A stretch of 64,000 nucleotides of DNA from an uncultured Actinomycetes bacterium (lineage in GTDB: Bacteria; Actinomycetota; UBA4738; HRBIN12), in assembly GCA_963728735.1 (NCBI GenBank), contig CAVSLX010000019.1:12613-76612 (forward strand), in the 5' to 3' direction. The notes beneath the pieces were generated by a model, which saw only the letters and a program-made list of their open reading frames with translations, ran no database searches and was not told the origin of the DNA. This document shows positions 1-9,562 of this stretch, piece after piece. Positions within the stretch are counted from its first letter, which is position 1, and each line of letters begins with the position of its first letter. The position numbers were made by a program, and so were the translations under genes.

Positions 1-105
1 TCGACTCCCTGAAGTCCGGAAAGTTTGCGGCACAACAGCCCCAATTTGCAGCGCGCCGACAACGTACTCAGGGCGCGAGGTGTACAAGCCCCCCATCGCG
101 GTAAG

Positions 106-544
106 TCACCCGCCTGTGTGCGTGGACCGTCGTCTAACCGGGATGCGAAGGAGTGACACGGCAACCGCGACGACTACGCTCGCTCCGACAAGCATGACGG
201 CCGCAATCAACCCGAGACCCACGTCAGCAAGCGAGACTGGTGGGTCGTTCATGACTGCATATGCCAGAAACGAGCCTGCCGGGACGCCCACCACGGCCCC
301 AAGAACGGCCGTGTCGCGGGATAGCCCATGTCCGCGCGCGAGGCGCCATGAGGCTCACGGCTGCGGAGAGGACAAGAGGGGCAATCATGAACGCGCGAAT
401 CAGTGCGGTGCACTCCTGTAGCGCGCAATCCGTCTTCGATACAAGTGAACGGGCGATGAGTCCTTGGACAATCGCGGCAAGCACCAACACAGACACCGCC
501 CAAAGAGCAGGAACGCGGCTCTCGGGATGACGTCGCTCGCTCAT
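106..544 (-). pseudogene. hypothetical small integral membrane protein (about 145 aa), frame broken once near 300-350
   Basis: ATG at 544. Hydrophobic segments (ALWAVSVLVLAAIVQGLI, IAPLVLSAAVSL) continue in a second frame (VLGAVVGVPAGSFLAYAV, LGLIAAVMLVGASVVVAVAVSLL) across ORFs 224..934(-) and 106..294(-). No family recognised. Local GC is lower than the rest. Confidence 0.3.
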
Positions 545-652
545 ATGCCCAAGTAACTGTGGTAGCTCCGTGCTTCGACATCGGACCGGTCCCGGAACCC
601 CTCCGCGGTGAGGAGGAAGTCTCATTGAGGGTAACTTCGATAGCGGGGGGCG

Positions 653-1285
653 GTGTCTGTGGATCCCAAACGGATCGTGACGGAGGGGTACGACCAGATC
701 GGCAGCGCGTACCGACCGTGGTCCGACGCGGGCGGGAGCGTGGTTCGGCGATGGTTCCTGTCGGAGACACTCGATCGCATCCCACCGGGCTCGGATGTCC
801 TGGAGCTCGGATGCGGTCCTGGGGTTGACGCGGTCGCGCTCGCCAACGGCCGTCGGTACACCGGTGTCGATATTTCGCCGGTCATGCTGTCGATCGCCGA
901 GGAGCACGTGCCGTCGGGCACGTTCCGCTGTCACGATCTCACCTCGCTTCAGCTGCCGGCGGGCTCATTCCACGGGGTGGTGGCGTTGTACGTGTTCGGT
1001 CATCTTTCGGCCGCCGAGCACCGTCCGACGTTTGCGCGTGTCTACCGGTGGCTGCGACCTGGCGGCGTCTTCTGCTCGTCGTTCCCCACGGGTAGCGGGG
1101 ACGACTCGATCCAGGAGGATTGGCTCGGGGTGCCGATGTTCTTCGGTGGGATAGGGCGGGATGCCACCGAGGCGTCCTTGCGGCAGATCGGCTTCCGACT
1201 CGAGATCTCGGATGTCAAAGAAGAGGTTGAGGGGGACGGTACGACGGCCGACTTCCTATGGGCGATCGCTCGCAAGCCCGGTTGA
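653..1285 (+). CDS. class I SAM-dependent methyltransferase
   Basis: Motif I VLELGCGPGVD, then the acidic-loop GVDIS and RWLRPGGVF post-motif pattern. GTG start preceded by a G-rich RBS. Confidence 0.85.
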   Translation: MSVDPKRIVTEGYDQIGSAYRPWSDAGGSVVRRWFLSETLDRIPPGSDVLELGCGPGVDAVALANGRRYTGVDISPVMLSIAEEHVPSGTFRCHDLTSLQLPAGSFHGVVALYVFGHLSAAEHRPTFARVYRWLRPGGVFCSSFPTGSGDDSIQEDWLGVPMFFGGIGRDATEASLRQIGFRLEISDVKEEVEGDGTTADFLWAIARKPG

Positions 1286-1324
1286 GTCGCTGGGGCCGGC
1301 CCGACCGGATCGCGCAAGCAACTG

Positions 1325-3526
1325 CTAGTTGCGCACGAGTTCGCGCACACGAGCGGCTGCGGCGCGCGCACGCATCACGTCGGCGTCGCTCGGTCGGGCC
1401 TCCGGGGACGCGAAGCGCCTTCCCTCGAACGTGCGCACGACGAGATCTGCGAAGACCCTGACCTCGACGCCGAGCGACTCGTCGGCGGCGACCTCATCGA
1501 GGAACTCGCTCGGCGTGAGCGACTCATCCCGCGCGTGCCCGGTCGACTCGAGTGCCGCCACCAGGTCCTCGAACGCGGCACCCACGTCGTCGAACGCCAC
1601 GCGCGGTCGGCGACGTCGATGTCGCGGGAGCACCCACAGGCCGCCAACGACCAGCCCCACGACGGCCAGGGCGACGGGCCACCCTCGGAGAGCCATCGCC
1701 GCGGCGCCGGCCGCGGCGCGCCCGACGGCACCGGCGGCCTGCTTGACCGGCTCCGGCACGACGCGGCCGGCCACCCGCCCGATCGCGGCGAGCATCTCGG
1801 GCGCCGCGAACTGGGTGGTCCACGACGGATCGGCCGGGGGGACGCCGAACGTGGGGTCGTACGGCACCCATCCGACGCCGGCGTAATAGACCTCGACCCA
1901 TGCGTGGGCGTCGGTGTAGCGGACCTCGTAGTAGCCGGTGAGGGGGTTCCGGCCGCCGGGTCCGAAGCCGGCGACGAGCCGGGTCGGGATGCCGTTGGCG
2001 CGCAGCAGCACCGCCATCGCGCTCGCGATGTGCTCGCAGAACCCGCGCCGGGTCTCGAACAGGAAATGGTCGACGGCGTCGACGCCGGCGGGCTCGCGCG
2101 CGACGTCGAGGTCGTACTGCGTGTTCTCGTGGAGCCACGCTTCGGTCGCAATCACCACCTCCAGCTGTGACGAACTGCCTTCGGCGATCCTCGCCGCGAG
2201 CTCGCGAACGCGGTCCGGCGTGTCGCCGGGGAGCTGCAGGAAGCGCTCGAGCGTCGGGTCGTCCACGGGGGCACGCGGCGCGGCGCCGAGGATCGACTGG
2301 TCGGTCACCGGGGGCTCTGAGATCACGGAGTACACGAGGCCCTCGTCGAGGGTGATCGGGGAGCGGATCGCGCCGTCGCCGTCGACGACGAGGCCGCCGG
2401 CCGGGAAATACACGCGGTCGGCCGCGTAGGCCGCGAGCACGACGTTGGGCTGGTCGGCCGCCATGTGGAAGGTCTGCGTGACGCGCTCCCCGGTCGTCGT
2501 GGAGGGCACCGGCTCGGGTGGCACGCCGAGCGCGTCGCCCTCCCAGAGCCTGATGAGCGAGGCGCGCTCCTCGCTCGACGACGTCCACCCCATCCCGTCG
2601 AACGTGTCGAAGACCTCCCCGCGCCACAGCGAGGCCCGGTCGGCCCGGACGCGGAACGCGATCTCGTCGGACAGCTCGCCGCGCGCCCGCAGGTCCATGC
2701 GCTCCCCGAACCCCGGGTAGGCGAGCGGCGCGAAGTCGACGACCCCGTCGCCGTCGGGGGCCGGCGCGTTCGGCGTGTCGTACACGGACTCGGCCGCGCT
2801 GGCGTCGCCGTCGCCTCCGAGGGAGAACGGCAGCGTTCGCACGACGTTTCCGGGAAGCCTCGGCGTGACCATGAACACGCCCGTCGCGAGCACGAGCGCG
2901 GCGAGCCCGGCGGCGGTCGCGCTCCGGACGCCGGCCGCTCGCGGCGGCCGCTCCCCCGGGACGACCCGGCGCAGCGACACCGGCGGCGTCACCTCGTCGG
3001 GCCGGGGGCGGGCGGAGAGCCAGAGCCACGCCGCGGCCAGCACGGCCCAGCCGAGCAGGTACCCGACGAACGACGTGGTGAGCGAGACGGCGCCGGCGGC
3101 CGCGATCAGCGTCGTGCTCGACACCATCGAGAACGCGAGGTCGCGGCGCCTCGGCACGTCGAACGCGTGCAGGACCTGGACCCACAGGAACAGCGCGGCC
3201 AGGGGCTGGCGGACCTGGTCCACCGATTGGACGAGTCGCGCCGCCTGCAGGAACTGCCCGAGCGCGGCGAGCAACGCGACCGAGATCACGATCTTGACGG
3301 CGAACCCGTTCTCGTGGCGGCGGCGATAGGAGAACAGGTAGCCGAGCGGCGCGAGCACGAGGGCGACGACACCGGTGAGGGCGTCGACGGCGCCCTGGCT
3401 CAGGACCGCCACGATGCCGAGCTCGACCCCCGCCGCGACGACGAGCCGGATCGCGACGCCGTCCTCGGGCGGCGCCTTGGGATGCGCGCGGGCGAGCCAT
3501 CCGCGCGGTGCCGCGGCCGTGCTCAT
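1325..3526 (-). CDS. transglutaminase-like membrane protein (polytopic N-terminus, transglutaminase core, DUF4129-like C-terminus)
   Basis: Core FCEHIASAMAVLLRANGIPTRLVAGF...YTDAHAWVEVYYAGVGWVPYDPT (Cys-His-Asp). The true ATG at 3526 overlaps the upstream stop as ATGA. The first ~330 aa of track ORF 1325..4516 are rejected as an out-of-frame run-on. Confidence 0.85.
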   Translation of the reverse strand: MSTAAAPRGWLARAHPKAPPEDGVAIRLVVAAGVELGIVAVLSQGAVDALTGVVALVLAPLGYLFSYRRRHENGFAVKIVISVALLAALGQFLQAARLVQSVDQVRQPLAALFLWVQVLHAFDVPRRRDLAFSMVSSTTLIAAAGAVSLTTSFVGYLLGWAVLAAAWLWLSARPRPDEVTPPVSLRRVVPGERPPRAAGVRSATAAGLAALVLATGVFMVTPRLPGNVVRTLPFSLGGDGDASAAESVYDTPNAPAPDGDGVVDFAPLAYPGFGERMDLRARGELSDEIAFRVRADRASLWRGEVFDTFDGMGWTSSSEERASLIRLWEGDALGVPPEPVPSTTTGERVTQTFHMAADQPNVVLAAYAADRVYFPAGGLVVDGDGAIRSPITLDEGLVYSVISEPPVTDQSILGAAPRAPVDDPTLERFLQLPGDTPDRVRELAARIAEGSSSQLEVVIATEAWLHENTQYDLDVAREPAGVDAVDHFLFETRRGFCEHIASAMAVLLRANGIPTRLVAGFGPGGRNPLTGYYEVRYTDAHAWVEVYYAGVGWVPYDPTFGVPPADPSWTTQFAAPEMLAAIGRVAGRVVPEPVKQAAGAVGRAAAGAAAMALRGWPVALAVVGLVVGGLWVLPRHRRRRPRVAFDDVGAAFEDLVAALESTGHARDESLTPSEFLDEVAADESLGVEVRVFADLVVRTFEGRRFASPEARPSDADVMRARAAAARVRELVRN

Positions 3527-4767
3527 CGCTGCCCCCCGAGACCGGCGGCGGAGGGTTCGGGCTCGGGCTCCAGCCGGGACGCGGCGAGCGCCGCCGCGAG
3601 ATCGCCGCCGGCCGTCCACGGATAGGTCTCGATCGCCGCGTCCTGCAGGGCGCCCACGAGCTTGTCGAGGGCCGGATCGTCGTCGTCCACGTCGACCGTG
3701 CTCACCGGCACCGCGACGACACGCGGGATCCGGTGGGCGAGGGCCGAGGCGGCTTCGGCGACGGCGCCGGGGTCGCCGGCCCATGCGGGCAAGGTGAACA
3801 CGACGGTCTCGGCGCCTCGCAACGCGTCCACGCCGAGATCGTCGAGGACCGGCGCGAGGCCGTGGCTCGACGCCGTGAGCTCGGCGAGCCACCGGAAGAG
3901 CTCGGTCTCGTCGACGCGCGACAGGAGCTCGACGCCGGACCCGGTGGCGGCCACGACCCGGGCCCCGTGGCCGTGCGCGAGCGCCGCCGACGCGATCGAC
4001 GCCGCGACGGTGCAGCATCGATCGAGCGGCGTGCCGAGCGCCCCCGGCTCGTCGCCGTCGCGTTCGGTGTCGACGACGACGAGCAGCCGTCGCGTGCGCT
4101 CCTCCTCGAACTCCCGGACCATGACGGCGCCGTGGCGCGCGGTCGAGGGCCAGTGCACGCGACGCATCGAATCGCCGGGCCGGTACTCCCGGATCCCCAG
4201 GTACTCGGGCCCGGTGCCGCGCCGCGGCGAGGAGTGGATCGCCGGGTCGGCGGTGCCGACCGGATCGACGAAGGGCAACGGACCGAGGGCCACCACGCGC
4301 GGCAGCACGAGCGTCTCGGCGCGGACCGGGAGCGTGCGGCGACGTTCCGCGACCCCGAACGGCGCCGCCGTGCGCACCTCGATCGAGGTCGTCGAGCGCC
4401 TCCCGCGGCGCAGCGCCGACCGGCGCGTCGTCATCTCGACCCGCTCCCCCGCCCGGACGGCGTCGACGAACACGTCGGTGGGTGAGAGGTGGTCGTCGCG
4501 GACGAGGACCGACCATCGGACGCCGCGACCGCGGTGCGACAGGCGCACGTCGACGAACGCCTCGCCGCCCTGCTGGGTCTCGTCCGGGGCGATCAGCTCG
4601 GCCTCGAGGCCGCGGAGCCCGGCGAGGGGAAGGACGACGCCGGCGAGCACCGCGCCCACGAGCAGGGACGCGATCACGAGGAGCCAGCCCGCCTGGGCGT
4701 TCGTCCCCATGAGGAACACGACGCCGGCGCCCAGCAGCAGCCCGCCCGCGCGCTTGCGGAGCCGCAC
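3523..4767 (-). CDS. DUF58 domain protein (MoxR-associated)
   Basis: Two N-terminal TM segments and the signature RRVHWPSTARHGAVMVREFEEE. Sits 4 nt downstream of MoxR. Confidence 0.85.
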   Translation of the reverse strand: MRLRKRAGGLLLGAGVVFLMGTNAQAGWLLVIASLLVGAVLAGVVLPLAGLRGLEAELIAPDETQQGGEAFVDVRLSHRGRGVRWSVLVRDDHLSPTDVFVDAVRAGERVEMTTRRSALRRGRRSTTSIEVRTAAPFGVAERRRTLPVRAETLVLPRVVALGPLPFVDPVGTADPAIHSSPRRGTGPEYLGIREYRPGDSMRRVHWPSTARHGAVMVREFEEERTRRLLVVVDTERDGDEPGALGTPLDRCCTVAASIASAALAHGHGARVVAATGSGVELLSRVDETELFRWLAELTASSHGLAPVLDDLGVDALRGAETVVFTLPAWAGDPGAVAEAASALAHRIPRVVAVPVSTVDVDDDDPALDKLVGALQDAAIETYPWTAGGDLAAALAASRLEPEPEPSAAGLGGQR

Positions 4768-4771
4768 GGCG

Positions 4772-5743
4772 CTAGCCTCGGCCGGCGACGTGCAGCGGCA
4801 CCGGCACCTCGTCGAGCAGGCGCCGCACGACCTCGCGGGCGACGGCCCCGCCGCCGCGCGCCTGCTTCGGGATGAGGCGGTGCGCGAGGGCCGGGACCGC
4901 GAGGGCCTTCACGTCGTCCGGAAGCGCGAAGTCGCGACCCTGGGCGATCGCGCGCGCCTGGGCGCAGCGGACCAGCCAGACGCTCGCGCGCGGCGAGGCG
5001 CCGAGCGCGAGCTCCGGCGCCTGCCGGGTGGCGGTCACCAGCGCGACCGCGTAGCTCACGATCGAGTCGTCGACGTGCACCTCGTGGACGGCGTGCTGCG
5101 CGGCGACCACCTGCTCGGGAAGCAGGACCTCCTCGAGGTCGCGCATCGGGTGGCGCCGGAGCTGGCGGCGGACCAGGTTGGTCGAACCGTCGGCGTCGGG
5201 ATAGCCGACGCGCACCGAGAGCGCGAACCGGTCGAGCTGGCCTTCGGGGAGCGGATAGGTGCCGTGCTGCTCGACGGGGTTCTCCGTCGCGATCACGAGA
5301 TAGGGAGCCGGCAGGGCGTGCGTGACGCCGTCAACGGTCACCTGCCGCTCCTCCATCGGTTCGAGGAGCGCGGACTGCGTCCGAGGGGGCGTGCGGTTGA
5401 TCTCATCGACGAGAACGACGTTGGCGAACACGGGGCCGGGCACGAATCGGAACTCCCCGTGAGCCTGGTCGTAGACGCTGATGCCGGTCAGGTCGCTCGG
5501 GAGCAGGTCCGGGGTCGCCTGGACGCGGCTGAAATGGCCGCCGATCGATGTCGCGAGGGCGCGGGCGAGGGTGGTCTTGCCGACCCCCGGCACGCCTTCG
5601 AGCAGGAGGTTCCCCTCGGCGAACAGGCACATCGCGGCCGTCTCGACGGCGTCGTCGTTGCCGGCGATGACCTGCCGGACGTTCTCGACCAGCCTGCGGA
5701 AGGCCGCGGTCGCCTCACTGAACGCTGGCTGCGGCTCGATCAC
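4772..5743 (-). CDS. MoxR-family AAA+ ATPase
   Basis: Walker A GVPGVGKT, Walker B VVLVDEINR, typical MoxR length (323 aa). Confidence 0.9.
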   Translation of the reverse strand: MIEPQPAFSEATAAFRRLVENVRQVIAGNDDAVETAAMCLFAEGNLLLEGVPGVGKTTLARALATSIGGHFSRVQATPDLLPSDLTGISVYDQAHGEFRFVPGPVFANVVLVDEINRTPPRTQSALLEPMEERQVTVDGVTHALPAPYLVIATENPVEQHGTYPLPEGQLDRFALSVRVGYPDADGSTNLVRRQLRRHPMRDLEEVLLPEQVVAAQHAVHEVHVDDSIVSYAVALVTATRQAPELALGASPRASVWLVRCAQARAIAQGRDFALPDDVKALAVPALAHRLIPKQARGGGAVAREVVRRLLDEVPVPLHVAGRG

Positions 5744-5861
5744 GTCTCAGGCTTCGACCGCCCGGCCAGAACGCTTGAGCAGCCGTCGGGGTCCCAGGGC
5801 CGTCAGGCATGGACCGACGACGGATTGACCCTCGGGACAACGCTGGCGTATACACCCCGTC

Positions 5862-7457
5862 ATGGCGCTCGAACCAGGCGGCCCCGGCGCGGCGATCCGA
5901 ACCGTCTCGCGAGCGCTGTCGTTCCTCCTCCTCGTCGCGACGTCGCTCGTCGCGATCGCCGGCCCGGTGTGGGCAGAGCCGCTCAGGACGTCGGTCACGA
6001 TGGTGAGCGACCCCGGCGACTACATCGGCGGGGGTCAGGCTCGCGTGTTCCACACCGGCAACGCGGAGGTCACCGTCTCGGGCTCGCCCGAGTACCTCAA
6101 CGTGTCCGTGAGCGGCGGCAGCCTCGGCGATTCGTTCGGCCTGACGTTCGCGGCTCCCCCGGGGAAGCGTCTGAAGCCGGGGTTCTACGACGGCGCCCAG
6201 CGGGCTCCCTTCCGCGAGGCCGGCCGCCCCGGCATCGACATCAGCGGCGACGGCAGAGGATGCAACACGATCGAAGGCCGGTTCGACGTCAAGGACATCG
6301 TCACCGGCGGCGGCGAGATCCAGCGTCTCTGGATCACCTACGAGCAGCACTGCGAGGGCGGAACGAGTGCGCTCTTCGGCGAGGTACGGATCGAGGTCCC
6401 CGAGACCTTCGCGCCCATCTGGACCGCGCCGCGCCACGTGTGGTGGCCCGACACCCCGGTCGGCACCTCCGGCACGATCGTGCCCGTCCAGGTGGTCGGC
6501 GGACGAGCGCACGACGGCGCCACGATCGCCCACGTCGGGATCAGCGGACTCCACCGGCAGGATTTCCAGATCCGGGTGGACGACTGCACCGGCGCCGTCT
6601 TGGGCCCATCGGAATCCTGCGAGCTGCTGCTGCGGTTCTCGCCGTCGGTCGCCGGCCCGCGGGTGGGGCAGCTCGTGATCCGCACCGACGCGGGGGACCG
6701 CCGAATAGTCGCCCTCGACGGGGCCGGACTCGGCGGACGAACGCGGTTCGTGATACGGAGCGATGAGGGCGACTTCGTCGGCGGTGGGGAGACGTATCGG
6801 TACACGCCACTCAACGCCTCGATCTCCATGAACGGGACCCGCCAGCTCGTGCAAGCGTGGATCGACGGGGACGACGGTCGCTGGTGGTCGGCCGAGTTCG
6901 ACGCCCCCGACGGCGACGTGCTGGCGGCGGGCACGACCTATGAAGGCGCCCTGCGCTATCCGTTCAACGGCGGATCGCCGGGCATCGATGTCAGCGGCGA
7001 CGGACGCGGCTGCAACGAGATCGAGGGCACCTTCACCGTCCAGCACCTCCAGACGCACCCGGACGGAACCGTCCGCTCCCTCGATGTCGACTTCGAGCAA
7101 CACTGCGAGGGCGCCGACCCCGCCCTGCGAGGGACGCTCGAGTTCCGACTCCCGGTCGGCGACATCACGCCGCCGCCGGGGGCGACCGGCCTCGACGTCG
7201 TTCGCGACGGATCCCGCGTGCTCGTGTCATGGGCGCCGCTCGACGCGGATGTGGCCGCCTTCTTGCTGCGGAGCGTGCCGGGGGTGACCCCGCCCCCCAT
7301 CCCGAACGCCGGCATCCTCGGCGGCGCCGGCCTCGGCACGTCGGCGGTGCTTCGCGGGGTCGACGAGGGACGGCCCCTTGCGGTCGCCCTGTTCACGGTC
7401 GACGCCGCCGGCAACGTCGCGCGCGCCGCGACGGCCGTCCTCGAGGCGAACCCCTAG
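5862..7457 (+). CDS. secreted protein: two copies of an unrecognised ~135-aa Cys-containing domain flanking a choice-of-anchor-D/ASH-like Ig domain, with an FN3-like C-terminus
   Basis: Signal peptide LLLVATSLVAIAGPVWA/EP. Repeat 1 SDPGDYIGGG...GIDISGDGRGCNTIEGRFDV...YEQHCEG. Repeat 2 SDEGDFVGGG...GIDVSGDGRGCNEIEGTFTV...FEQHCEG. Central segment DFQIRVDDCTGAVLGPSESCELLLRFSPSVAGPRVGQLVI. Confidence 0.7.
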   Translation: MALEPGGPGAAIRTVSRALSFLLLVATSLVAIAGPVWAEPLRTSVTMVSDPGDYIGGGQARVFHTGNAEVTVSGSPEYLNVSVSGGSLGDSFGLTFAAPPGKRLKPGFYDGAQRAPFREAGRPGIDISGDGRGCNTIEGRFDVKDIVTGGGEIQRLWITYEQHCEGGTSALFGEVRIEVPETFAPIWTAPRHVWWPDTPVGTSGTIVPVQVVGGRAHDGATIAHVGISGLHRQDFQIRVDDCTGAVLGPSESCELLLRFSPSVAGPRVGQLVIRTDAGDRRIVALDGAGLGGRTRFVIRSDEGDFVGGGETYRYTPLNASISMNGTRQLVQAWIDGDDGRWWSAEFDAPDGDVLAAGTTYEGALRYPFNGGSPGIDVSGDGRGCNEIEGTFTVQHLQTHPDGTVRSLDVDFEQHCEGADPALRGTLEFRLPVGDITPPPGATGLDVVRDGSRVLVSWAPLDADVAAFLLRSVPGVTPPPIPNAGILGGAGLGTSAVLRGVDEGRPLAVALFTVDAAGNVARAATAVLEANP

Positions 7458-7473
7458 GGGCCACCGCGAAGGA

Positions 7474-8508
7474 TCAGGCCGGACGCTGCTTGGCCGCGAG
7501 CGCGCTCAGGGCCTCGAGCACGCACCGGTGCGCGAGCGCGGCGGTCACGTCAGCCTGGTCGTAGGGAGGAGCGACCTCCACCACGTCCATCCCGACGAGG
7601 TCGACGACGCTCACGATCTGGCGGATCGCGCGCAGGAGCTCCCGCGGGAGCATGCCGCCGGGCTCGGGGGTGCCAGTGCCGGGTGCGCTGCCGGGGTCGA
7701 CGACGTCGATGTCGACCGACAGGTAGACGCAGTCGGGGCCGTCGAGGGCCTCGGCGATCGCATCGGCGATCACGGCCTCACTCCCCCGCTCCTCGATCTC
7801 GACCATCCGGTGCCACCGCAGGCCCTGCGCACGCATCCAGTCGAAGGTCTCCTGCTCCGGCCAGTAGCCGCGGAGCCCCACCTGGACGAAGTTCTGCCCG
7901 GCGATCCAACCCTCGTCGATCAGCCGGCGCATCGGGGTTCCGTGGCTGATCAGGGAGCCCCACACCTCGGTGGCGGTGTCGGCGTGCGCGTCGAAGTGCA
8001 CGACGCCGACCGTTCGGGGATGCTGGGCGCGCGCGACCGCGGCGGCGCTCGGGTACGTGATCGAGTGGTCGCCGCCGAGGACGATCGGGATGGCCCCAGT
8101 CTTCGTGACACGGTGGACCTTCTCGTGCACGACCCGCAGGCCTCGCGCGAGGCGGCTCGCGACGACCGGTGCGTCGCCCGCGTCGACCACCTTGAGCCGA
8201 TCGAAGACGCTCGTCTCGAGCTGGATCGACCACAGGTCTCCGGAGTGGTAGCTCGCGGTCCGGATCGCGCGGGGGCCGAACCGCGCCCCGGCGCGGTTCG
8301 ACGCGCCGTCGTCGATCGGCGCTCCCACGATCGCCACGTCGGGTTCGAGCGCGGCGAGGTCGTCGTCGTCGGGCACCCAGGCGACCTTCTGGAAGGACGC
8401 CGACCCGACGTGGGCCGGCAGGTCGAAGTCGGAGAACTCGTCGTACTCGTGCTCGCCGAGCAGGAGCTCACTCTGCTCGATGCTGAAGGCCGGGGCCTCG
8501 TCGGGCAT
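7474..8508 (-). CDS. agmatinase/guanidino-acid hydrolase family ureohydrolase
   Basis: Ureohydrolase motifs IVLGGDHSITYP, VVHFDAHADT, LSVDIDVVDPGSAPGTGTPEPGG. The ATG lies 2 nt after the stop of the upstream binding-protein gene. Confidence 0.85.
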   Translation of the reverse strand: MPDEAPAFSIEQSELLLGEHEYDEFSDFDLPAHVGSASFQKVAWVPDDDDLAALEPDVAIVGAPIDDGASNRAGARFGPRAIRTASYHSGDLWSIQLETSVFDRLKVVDAGDAPVVASRLARGLRVVHEKVHRVTKTGAIPIVLGGDHSITYPSAAAVARAQHPRTVGVVHFDAHADTATEVWGSLISHGTPMRRLIDEGWIAGQNFVQVGLRGYWPEQETFDWMRAQGLRWHRMVEIEERGSEAVIADAIAEALDGPDCVYLSVDIDVVDPGSAPGTGTPEPGGMLPRELLRAIRQIVSVVDLVGMDVVEVAPPYDQADVTAALAHRCVLEALSALAAKQRPA

Positions 8509-8510
8509 GG

Positions 8511-9458
8511 CTACGCGAGCCCGGTGCTCGTCAGGTGCGAGGTCGCGACGTCCTCGATCGACTCGCCGTCGATCGCGATGCGCCCGACGAGCTCGAGCAT
8601 GTTCTCGTCGGTGAGCGAAGCGGTCACCGGGTCGAGCAGGGCGCGGAGCTCGTCGCTGTCGACCTCCTGGCGCAGGAGCGGCACGAAGTTGCCGGCCGGC
8701 TGCAAACCTTGATCGTCGGCCAGGATGACCCAGCCCTCCTCGTAGATCGTGGGGTCGAGGGAGAACAGCAGGGCAACCTGGATCGCGCCGGCCTGCAGCG
8801 CGGCCTTCGTCGCCTCGCCGCCGAAATCGAGCGCGCGGAAGTCCGCGAACGTGATGCCGTACGCGCTCTCGAGGCCCTTGATGCAGAAGTCCCGCTTCGG
8901 ACAGTCGGGAGGTCCGCCGAGGACGAGATCCGAGGAGATGTCGGCGAGCGCGGTGAGCGAGGGCTCGCTCAGCTGCGCGGCCGTCTCGGCCGTCACGACG
9001 AAGGCGTTCGTGCTGTTCGCCGGCGAGTAGGCGTAGGTGGTGTACCCGTTCGCCTCGGCGGCCGCCTGCAGGCGAGGCGCGACCTCGTCCGGCGAACCCG
9101 ACGCGTCGGCGTCGGGGTCGAGCGTCGGAAGCTCATATGCGAGGTACTCGGGCTTCAGGTCGATGTCACCCGAGGCGAGCGCCTCGTTACCGACGTCGCG
9201 GGTCTCGAGCTCGAACTCCCTGCCCACCTCGTAGCCGGCGCTCTCGAGGACCTGCGCGTACATCTCTGCCACGACCTGGCTCTCGGGACCGGCGAAGGAG
9301 ACGCCCACCGTGATCGATCCCTTCGACGCCTCGCTCGTGGTCTCCCCTGCTGTCGGCGTGTCGGCTGGTTCTTCGTCCCCACCCGACGCGCACGCACCCG
9401 CGAACGACGCGAGCGCGAGCAACGCCGCCCCGAGGACGATGCTGCGGTGCTTCCGCAT
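8511..9458 (-). CDS. ABC transporter substrate-binding lipoprotein, glycine betaine/choline (OpuAC/OpuCC) family
   Basis: Lipobox LALASFAGAC, then ITVGVS...SQVVAEMYAQVLESAGYEV...GDIDLKPEYL. The upstream part of track ORF 8511..10313 is rejected. Confidence 0.85.
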   Translation of the reverse strand: MRKHRSIVLGAALLALASFAGACASGGDEEPADTPTAGETTSEASKGSITVGVSFAGPESQVVAEMYAQVLESAGYEVGREFELETRDVGNEALASGDIDLKPEYLAYELPTLDPDADASGSPDEVAPRLQAAAEANGYTTYAYSPANSTNAFVVTAETAAQLSEPSLTALADISSDLVLGGPPDCPKRDFCIKGLESAYGITFADFRALDFGGEATKAALQAGAIQVALLFSLDPTIYEEGWVILADDQGLQPAGNFVPLLRQEVDSDELRALLDPVTASLTDENMLELVGRIAIDGESIEDVATSHLTSTGLA

Positions 9459-9562
9459 GGGTTTGCCCTCCCTTGATGATCCGGCGAACTCCCCGTCTGG
9501 AAGCTCGGTGACAGGTGATACGTGCCGCGGCACCCTAGCAGCGTTGCCCCGAAGGGAAGATT

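Noticed and set aside
1293-1302. GGGCCGGCCC between the convergent methyltransferase and transglutaminase genes as a terminator
   Set aside because: It is a loop-less 10-bp palindrome with no flanking T-run, so it is not a convincing hairpin terminator.
3527-4516. N-terminal 330 aa of track ORF 1325..4516. Similar long N-terminal extensions occur on ORFs 8511..10313, 9563..10939, 10974..12680, 18660..20240, 30330..32066, 33729..34847 and 53824..55659.
   Set aside because: The extensions are Arg/Pro-rich and overlap upstream genes. Internal starts with an RBS or 4-nt stop/start overlaps give proteins of normal family length.
3662-6766. 1034-aa plus-strand ORF spanning the MoxR operon and the secreted-protein gene
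   Set aside because: It is antisense or out of frame to three genes with clear family signatures. Its composition is dominated by Arg, Ser, Pro and Ala.
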